64,000 nucleotides of DNA from Rotaria socialis. Its lineage: Eukaryota. The notes under the pieces were generated by a model. It was not told where the DNA came from and made no database searches. It saw only the letters and a list, made by a program, of their open reading frames with translations. Each line of letters starts with the position of its first letter. Position 1 is the first letter of the stretch. The position numbers were made by a program, and so were the translations under genes. The stretch is from positions 1-64,000 of the forward strand of contig CAJNYD010000020.1 of assembly GCA_905331295.1 (NCBI GenBank), in the 5' to 3' direction. Of the stretch, positions 51,351 through 64,000 are shown piece by piece.

Positions 51351-53916
51351 ATGATGTCCGGCAACATTTTAAATAGCGTAACACAATCTATTCGTACTTA
51401 TAATGTCACACGAATAATTGGTGAATTGACCAGTACAACAACGAATTCACTATCTCTCATCCAACACACAACAATGTCTGCTAATAAGATACCCCTACCA
51501 CCTACAGATATATCACCGGCAGCGTGTATTGCTTTTGTAATACTTATATTAGCTACAGTTGGTGGCAATACGCTCGTACTTTCAGCGCTGTTCCTTGACA
51601 AACGTCTTCATATGCCGTCTTTTTATCTGATTGCTAATATGGCTATTGCTGATCTCTTACTTGGTAAGATTAAATATTCATCATTTTATTTCTTCGTTCG
51701 AACTAATTAATATTTAGGTCTATCTGTTTTACCGTTTTCATCTGTTCTCGAGTTACTCAACGATCGATGGATATTTGGACAAAGTTTCTGTTCGGCATGG
51801 CTAGCACTTGATGTAGTCTGTTGTACGGCATCAATTATAGCTTTAATGGGCGTTTCTATTGATCGATATGTCGGTGTAACACGACCATTGAATTATAGTA
51901 GTATAATGACTACACGACGATCAGTCTATTTAGTAATTGTTGTTTGGGCTGTATCAATATTAACATCTGTTGTACCACTATTTGGTTTAACAGATCGCGA
52001 GAAGCGATCGAATGGTTTCGATATTGCACACGAAAGTTACGAAACGTGTAAAGTTAATAAAAATACATTTTACACAATATTTTCATCGATGATATCATTT
52101 TACATACCTGTCATCATTCTGCTTATACTCTATTCACGTGTCTATCAAGAAGCAAAGAAGCAAGGAGAAAAATTAGAGAATGAAAGACGTCGTCTCTATC
52201 AAATCGATTATCAAATAGCGTCAGAACAACTACGACGAAAACAAATTCAAACGAATGGACATGCAATAGAAAAACAAAATCATGAGCACCATTCATTAGG
52301 AGCTAAACCAATTCGTTCTAGTATACCGAATGAGAATGGCAATGACATAACAACAACACTTTTAAATAATGGAACGGCTGCTGAAAAAAAATCTAATTTT
52401 GATCATGGTTTAAGCCTAAACGATGATACGCAATTTAAAAAAGATTATTCAGATCCGATGGTATGATTACTTAGGCATTGTTTGCATAAATAGAAAAGTC
52501 ACTTCATTTTATAAAAAAAGACAATAGCCACATTTTTGTACAAATAATTAATTATTCTTTTCAAAAACATAAATGAACTGAGATCTAGACTTCAAACAGG
52601 GCTATAAATAATCACCATTAGTAAACAAACGCTGAAGCTAAAAGTACTCAATGTGAAAGAGAAAAGATATCTAGATAAGTGTGAAAATAAATGGTCTGTT
52701 TTTTCTTCAACATGAGGGTGCCAGAGGAAAAAATGATTTGATTTTTCTACACGCATACACACATAAGACCACATTACCATCAATGAGAAAGTCTGAATAG
52801 AATTTTTTTAATTTTCTGTATCAATGATTCGTAATTAAAACAATTGCAGAAGAATAAAAAAAAGATGAATTCCAAAATAATAGAATAAAAAAATACTATC
52901 TAAACTCTATATCATGAATTTGATTAAAATAAATGCGTTCATTTTTTTATTTAGAACAATAATCATAATGATGATACTGCTCATTCAGGTTCATCAATTT
53001 CACATTATTTTACTAATGTACATCGTTCAATCAGTAAACGTTTATCATCAACATTTAAACGAAATTCTCAAACAAATTCACAACATATTTCAAATGATCA
53101 TCGTCAAACTGGACAAATGTCTCGAAATGACGAATTATTAATTATAAAACGTAAATTACATAATCTTAAACGTGAGAAAAAAGCTTTTCGTACACTTGGT
53201 CTTATTCTTGGTGCATTGCTGATATGTTGGCTGCCATTTTTTGTTACATTACCTGTTGTTTCAATACTTAAACATCTTGGAATAATAACAGCTGAGAATA
53301 CTGAAAATACATGGTTTAAAATAACATTTTGGCTTGGTTATTGCAATTCAGCAGTAAGTGTGAAATAAATGAAACAATTTTTAGTTTATGTTACTCTCTT
53401 TTTTTGTCTCATTTATAGTTAAATCCATTTGTGTATGCTTTTTCAAATCGTGCTATACGCCGAGCTTTTCGTGAAGTTATCTTTCGACGCTTTTGTTGTT
53501 GTGGTTTACAATGTTGGTTATGTCGACATTTTTGTCCAAAGAAATCAAATCAATATGATCGTCAACGATCATATCCAAATAAACGTGATAATAGTTATTC
53601 AGTAGGATCAGATGTACCACAAGTAGCACCAAGAAGAACATATTCATTATCGCATGAATTAATTCGAAAAGTATCTAAAACATCCAATGATACTGATCCA
53701 CCATTATCTACACCAATTCCAACAGCCGGTAGTGGAGAAGGTCCAGTTGTTTCATTTGTAAATTTCGTTGTTCCAACCATTAAAGAGGATCCATCATTGG
53801 AAGATGATAAACCACCGCCGTCGCCACCGCCGCCACCGCCGCCACCACCACCACAGGAAGAATCAAAGTCAACATCGATACCAAAAAGTTTTATAGATTC
53901 AAGTTCAGAATCATAA
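51351..53916 (+). CDS. Biogenic amine GPCR, alpha1-adrenergic-like (alternative: alpha-octopamine receptor), 4 exons
   Basis: GNTLV, AIADLLLGLSVLPFS, TM3 WLALDVVCCTASI...SIDRYVGV, TM5 YTIFSSMISFYIP, long ICL3, REKKAFRTLG, CWLPFF, FKITFWLGYCNSALNPFVY and a Cys-rich tail. Confidence 0.88.
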
Positions 53917-54332
53917 AATACTGAAACCATATTTTTTTTATGTTGGTTACACGTACCGGTGACACTTTTGTCTGAATTTCTATTGTTGTTACATACTTCT
54001 CTAGTTTTCTTCTTCTTGTTCTCATTCATTTGTGTCCTTTATTCCTGGTGAGATTATCTGTGTGACTAAAATCCATTCATTCCAATTTTCTCTTTTCATA
54101 TGTCTTTTTCTTTCTCACGGTCGTTTAAATTTATTATTGGTCGCGCCTGTTTGTATTGTACAAAAAAATACGAGTTTATTTTATAAAAACGAATAAAACA
54201 AAAATAAGAATCTTCGCTTTAAAAAAAACTATTAAACAAAACCAACTAATTGTTTGGTTGAAATCAACTGATTTATTTCGTTTCACGCAAGAATAAAATT
54301 ATGTACCAGTAAAAACAAACAAACACAAGTTC

Positions 54333-54406
54333 TATTGATATATTCAAATTGAAATGGTAACCGTAATATGATTCTTGGCATTTCAATAATCATTTAATAA
54401 GCAATA
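54333..54406 (-). promoter_or_regulatory. SECIS element in the SELENOO 3' UTR
   Basis: mRNA sense: UAUUG..AA-AUGAU-UAUUGAAAUG-CCAAG-AAUC-AUAUUAC-GGUU-AC-CAUUUCAAUU-UGAA..CAAUA. This gives the AUGA/GA quartet, a 9-bp perfect helix II, an apical CCAA and a mini-helix (type II). The core lies about 74 nt after the UGA. Confidence 0.85.
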
Positions 54407-54430
54407 TTAATGTGTATGTTACGATAAGAT

Positions 54431-54456
54431 TGCCAATGATTGATTTATCATTGGCA
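54431..54456 (-). promoter_or_regulatory. Perfect hairpin 10 nt downstream of the Sec UGA (SRE-like)
   Basis: mRNA sense UGCCAAUGAU-AAAUCA-AUCAUUGGCA: 10-bp perfect stem with a 6-nt loop, starting 1 nt after the UAA stop. Confidence 0.55.
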
Positions 54457-54457
54457 T

Positions 54458-58869
<4,412 letters not shown>

Positions 58870-59135
58870 TCATTAAAGCAATTAATTCGTACAACGAGTA
58901 TTTCTTATAGAAAAATTTATTATCATCAAAATTTGTTCAGTGCCCATACGTAATCTGTCACGTGTATATCATTGTACAAACACGTGCTTATTCTATTTGT
59001 CAAAAACTCCATCAATGAAATGACAGACAAACCTTCATTGATTGATTGATTTCTATTGGATCAACGAATGTCGTATTCTATATTCTCATTTTTAAACAAA
59101 ACATTAGTTAGATTTTATTTGAAGAAAACAGAATT
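58870..59135. promoter_or_regulatory. Probable bidirectional promoter between SELENOO and TEX10
   Basis: 266 bp between divergent ATGs, containing two CACGTG E-boxes (about 58959-58964 and 58981-58986). Confidence 0.5.
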
Positions 59136-62100
59136 ATGGGTAAAAAGAAGCATCAAACTTATGACGGAGTTGGCAGTAAAGCGCGTGATAAAGTTCCATT
59201 TAAAAAAGGTTTAACAAAGAAGAAAAAAGAAAAAAAAGATTTTCAAAAAGTAAAATTAAAAGCTGGAAATCTTCGTCCAAAAGGTCTCAATGAAACAAAA
59301 TTAGAATTTCAATCAAAATCAATTCTTATACGTGAACAACTTCGACAAGACCTAGGTCCTGAACATATCAATGATATTATTCTTCGTTTACGTAAAGGTA
59401 CTTCATCACAAAAATTAGCCGTTCTCGATACATTAAAAACACGTTTACAAAATGATGATGTTGAATCATGGTCACCAGCACTTCAATCACTTATCGATAC
59501 TTGCACATCCTATATTTCATTAGAAAGTGTTAGTCATTATCGATCAGCATTTCAATCTTTAAAAATAATATTTTCACGTGTTAAATCTCCAGAATGTTTC
59601 TATCCATTAATGCCACTGTTATGCCAACGGTTAATTTCTTTAATGACACATTTAAACGATGACGTCCGTGAACGATCAGTACCAGTACTTGAATTACTTA
59701 TTCATCAAACATATTCATCAACATTATTAACAGATTATGGATTATCAATTCTTGAAAGTTTATTACAACAACTAATGAAAACAAGTCGATCGGAAAGACA
59801 ATTTATTATTACCATTGATACAACGACTATTGGAAATAATAGTGGAAATGCTCGATTACTTGATTGTATAGCACAATTAGTTAATATTGTTTTTGATAAA
59901 TATAATGATGAACAACCAACGAATAAAGATTCACAGCGAGATGAAGAACAAGAAAAATCTTTATTTGATTTATTCCATCAAACTAAAGCAAAACCTTATA
60001 GAATTATGTAAGTCAAAATAGATATTAATTAGGATCAACACTATTGATAAAAATGATTTGACATATTTGTAGAATCTGACATAAGCAATTTTTAGCAGTG
60101 TAATTAAACGAGACTATTCCAACATTATATTCATTTGAATTAAAAAGGAAATGATGATCTATAACAATCCTATAATTCAAGAGCGATATTTAATCATAAT
60201 AGATTAACAAGATCGTATACTGTTTAGAAACACATCATGAGGCAAGCTGCTCTCATGTATCATAGGTCTAGTTAAGTCTAAATGAAAGTGTTTAAACGTA
60301 CTTTATTATCCTACATCTCTAACAGTCAATTAGAGTTATTGATTATTTTCAGGGATCAAGTATTTCAATGTCGTTCTGATTCTCAAATACTCTCTCGTGT
60401 TATTGATCTTCTATTAAAAGTTCTTCTTCAATTTTGGTCTGAAATGCGTATACATCTTGGTGATCGTTATCATCATCGTGATGCATTATCATGTTTATGG
60501 TGTTGTACACGTATATTTCATCGTTTAATGAATTCAATATTATCAAGTCAACACTACACAGAACTGCATTCAATAATAGCTCAACATTCGTCATCGATAC
60601 ATAAACATCTATTACAAAATTTTCCATTCGATGAACATCAAGGTTCAGATAGTCTATCGTCAAAACAAGTTCAACAAAAAAATTTAACTGTAAGACGTTT
60701 AAATATTCATATTATTGATTTATTATCAACGCAATTTCCTCGTATACAAGAAAAAATGATTAAAAATTTAAATCAATTAACATTTCAATTAAAGCCGGAA
60801 CAAATGCAACCATTATTGGATTATATGTTTGACTTACTTAATAATAATGAAAATTTAAATAGTCATGAAACAAAAGATACACTTGAATATATTGAAAAAT
60901 GTATTCGTTCATTTCGAGATGACAGTAAAAAAAACAGATTAATTCGTTTGATTTAAAATTTTTCTATTTTCTCTATTTATAGCAATTATCCGTCAATGTA
61001 TACAAGGAATCTCGAAGTATATACAACGATCTATAAATGATCTTCATACAAATTCAATTGCCTTTCGAATTATATGCGACAGTATTACATTAAAAATAGC
61101 TAAACTTGATTTAGAGTATGTTTAACTCAATTCATATTCAGCATGTTTAAGTGAATGATTTTTATTTTAGAATTATTACTTCATTACCAGTTGATGATAT
61201 GGTTTGGTTTGTATTTCAAGTATTACGTTCACCGGAAACAGAATTTAATAAAAATCAAAGAAAAGAAATACTTGAACGAATGACACAAATATTTTCATTT
61301 GAACTTAATCCATTTTCAATGTTACTTAATAAAATTTGGATTGATTATTTTGGTAAGAGATATAGAAAAAAAAGCAAAAATTTTCAACTGCTCAGTCAGT
61401 GTCTTATCAAGAATGCATAGTCTATATGTTATCGAACATATAAAATTGGACCAATATATTAGTCGAGTCAAAGAATTGAAATTAGTGTATTCATATAAGC
61501 AGAAGTAGATCTTAACTGCAAGATTAATCAATAGTGCTCATTTATTTTGCTAAGCTATTTAAAAACATATTTTAATCATTATTAAAATATTTTTAGCTAT
61601 ACTAAAAACTAGTACTGGACTTGAACAACGTTTACTTTTAACATGGCTGTATGGTATTAATGGTAAACAACCGTTGAATAATTCATTTTTATTAAGTTTA
61701 CAGCAATACATCCAATGGCATTGGTTAGAACCAGAAAGTATACATCTATTATTAGGAATTTTACTACGGCAATATGATCGGCACGGTGAAAATTTGTGTT
61801 CGATGAATGATTTTTCATTATTCTTTTTTCGTCTTTTGTTTCCTTCGTTTAAAATCGATGGTTATGTTACTGAAAAGCTCAATGGTATTGATGCTAATAA
61901 AACATTTAAATACAGTGAAATTACAATTAATCATTTACAGTGTTTAAAAAATCAACGTGATAATATAACTGAAGCATTATGGATTCGAATTGAAAATGCT
62001 TTTGTATGTCATCAAATTCTTTTTCTCATTCAATTTATTTTTATTTCATTTACAGGAAAAAAATAAAACCAAACAATTGAAATGGTTCGAATGGACAACG

Positions 62101-62343
62101 CTGTATTCGTTAATATCAATTGATAATGAAATATTCCCTGATGCCATTGTACAAAGTCGTCTTGCTGTTCATCTCATACAAACTATTCAACAAATGAACC
62201 ATACGTCTAATCAACAAATGAGTCAATTTATTTTATCACGTGTACAATCATCGCCAGCATTGAAACGAATATTAAAAGAATGTTTAGCATTAACTGCCAA
62301 TGACCAAGAACTTCACGCGCGATGTATATCATTGCTTGACTAG
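59136..62343 (+). CDS. TEX10: TEX10/Ipi1-like pre-60S (rixosome) component, multi-exon
   Basis: N-terminal KKDFQKVKLKAG..RPKGLNETKLEFQSKSILIREQL and SLMTHLNDDVRERS (Ipi1_N-type MTH...R motif), followed by helical repeats. Stop TAG at 62341-62343. Confidence 0.85.
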
Positions 62344-63119
62344 AGAAAGATCTCTTTTTTTTGCTGCCAGATAATTCTTTTGTGTGCTCATATTATTATT
62401 ACGAAAACAAAAAGAAATAAAATTCAATGATAGAGTGAGATCTCTTGTCATATACATGTGACGGCAAAATCAAAAATGTTATAAGTCACTCGTGAATTAT
62501 GAACTTAGTATTAGAGTTCCGAACAGGTCTACCTTTTGTAGGTCTGACTTCAAAGGAAGGGAGAAAAGTCGATTCCATCCATCCGAGATACATTGACAAT
62601 CCAAATGATAAAGTAAAGATGCAGTCGATAGATTGTAGATACGTAGGATATCGTTTGGTAGAAGCGAGAAAATCAAATGGAGAAACGACTGATTTGAAGT
62701 CATTTTGGCTACTTCAAAGCGTTATGATGTACTTTTCGACCTGAAGTACACCGTTTACTCTTTGACATCGATATATCATTCAATGGCTCATAGGAACGAT
62801 CATACGAAGGAAAAAATGTGTTCGTTCGATGGAGAATTCCAATAAGTCAGGAAAAACTTGTTCTGAGATGCAAGGCTTCAATTTGAGAACTGTGTAGTAT
62901 AAGTTTTTTTTGCAAATGATTATGACAACTTCTTCAGCTGAACTGTTTGTTGAAAAAAAATTCGATATCGAAACTGATCATTTATTTCTTATCTATGAAT
63001 AATATCTCAAAATCTGACGACTATCTTTATTCAACCAAATGCGAATCAGCTTCATCGCCGAAGAGAAATTCAATGGAAGAGAATAATCATCGCCAATGCT
63101 TATGATCGTCTGGTATTAG

Positions 63120-63230
63120 CTGGACTGCGATTCGACCTATATTTCCTATAATTCCTATACTTTCAAAAACGTCCTATTTTTGTCCTATATTTTCTTAAAA
63201 ATTCTTATTTTTCCTATATTTTATCGAAAA
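63120..63230. mobile_element. Probable terminus of a DNA transposon with CCTATA subterminal repeats
   Basis: CTGGACTGCGATTCGACCTATATTTCCTATAATTCCTATAC...TCCTATTTT..TCCTATATTT: a short GC-rich end followed by about six CCTAT repeats. The other end was not found in the window. Confidence 0.45.
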
Positions 63231-64000
63231 AAACAGAAAATTTCCAAAAATCTCTTCATTTTTCTATTGTCATCAGACGAAAAAATACTTTTAATGTGTA
63301 TAATCATGTGTTTTGGACAAATTCTTGTATTATTGTGACATTTATTTTAAATAGTATTTTTCCTTTCGCCTATTTAGTGGGTTGACTGAGAAATTGTTTA
63401 ATACTAAGACTAACTAAGCACAAAATACAAAATAGTTCAAAATAGAAAAATATTCACAAAGTGATCATGTACTAGTTTCGGGTTTTTAGTGAAGTTTTAG
63501 TTAGATATAAAAGCTGTATATATATATATATATATACCCCTGGAGAAAATAAGTTTCACTCTGTATTTTGAGGATATTGTTACCAAAAGAATATATTTTT
63601 AAAAAGTAACGGCATATTCTGAAAGCCCGTGAAATTTTACATCATCCTGTGAATATGCATTTTCATTTACACTTATTTATTACCAGAAAAAATTGAGTTA
63701 CGATAAAATACAAAATAAACTTGTGGCAAATAATAAGCGATGAATGCTGATTATCAGAACAATAAAATTAGGTTGAGATTTTTTTGGGAACTTGTGTCCG
63801 TAATCTTGAAACGTCTCCTTTGATTATGAGAAATAGTATTTGTTTTTTCAAATCTTATGATCTACTTTATTGTTATTTATCGATTTGTGAAAAACTTTTA
63901 TAATGATCCTCGAATTAGTGACCTATTTCAGTAGAAAAAATCACAAGAATCTTGGCTACGGTTGAACTGTTTATAACAGCTTCATTAAAACGGCTTTCGA

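Noticed and set aside
53595..54029. 144-aa minus-strand ORF with poly-Gly
   Set aside because: Antisense of the poly-Pro tail of the GPCR.
62497..63110. Short ORFs and coding-like composition after TEX10
   Set aside because: Frames are broken on both strands and no family is recognisable. It may be a decayed gene or transposon, but I cannot support a call.

Overview
AT-rich eukaryotic genomic DNA with compact genes broken by many short (about 50-65 nt) GT-AG introns. Intron size, base composition and gene families suggest a bdelloid rotifer (Rotaria/Adineta-like); this is inference. I reconstructed spliced genes by hand. In order: a Helentron-type (HINE-like) element; a three-gene copper cluster made of an ATP7 P1B-ATPase, a CTR1 importer and a two-exon 73-aa stand-alone HMA chaperone that the ORF track misses; LRRC34; a disrupted SKAP-like SH3 gene; a tightly packed same-strand run of UBA3, an intronless STX6-like SNARE, TGS1 and an orphan with three atypical C2H2-like repeats (candidate trans-spliced operon); SoxC; a coiled-coil/beta-propeller-like orphan; AK3; a long coiled-coil gene; a GPCR pseudogene; MITEs; an alpha1-adrenergic-like receptor after a gene-free stretch of about 9 kb; selenoprotein O with an in-frame UGA, a downstream hairpin and a SECIS; and TEX10. 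The best candidate for an undescribed system is the import/chaperone/export copper cluster, whose chaperone resembles a detached ATP7 metal-binding domain or CopZ rather than ATOX1.
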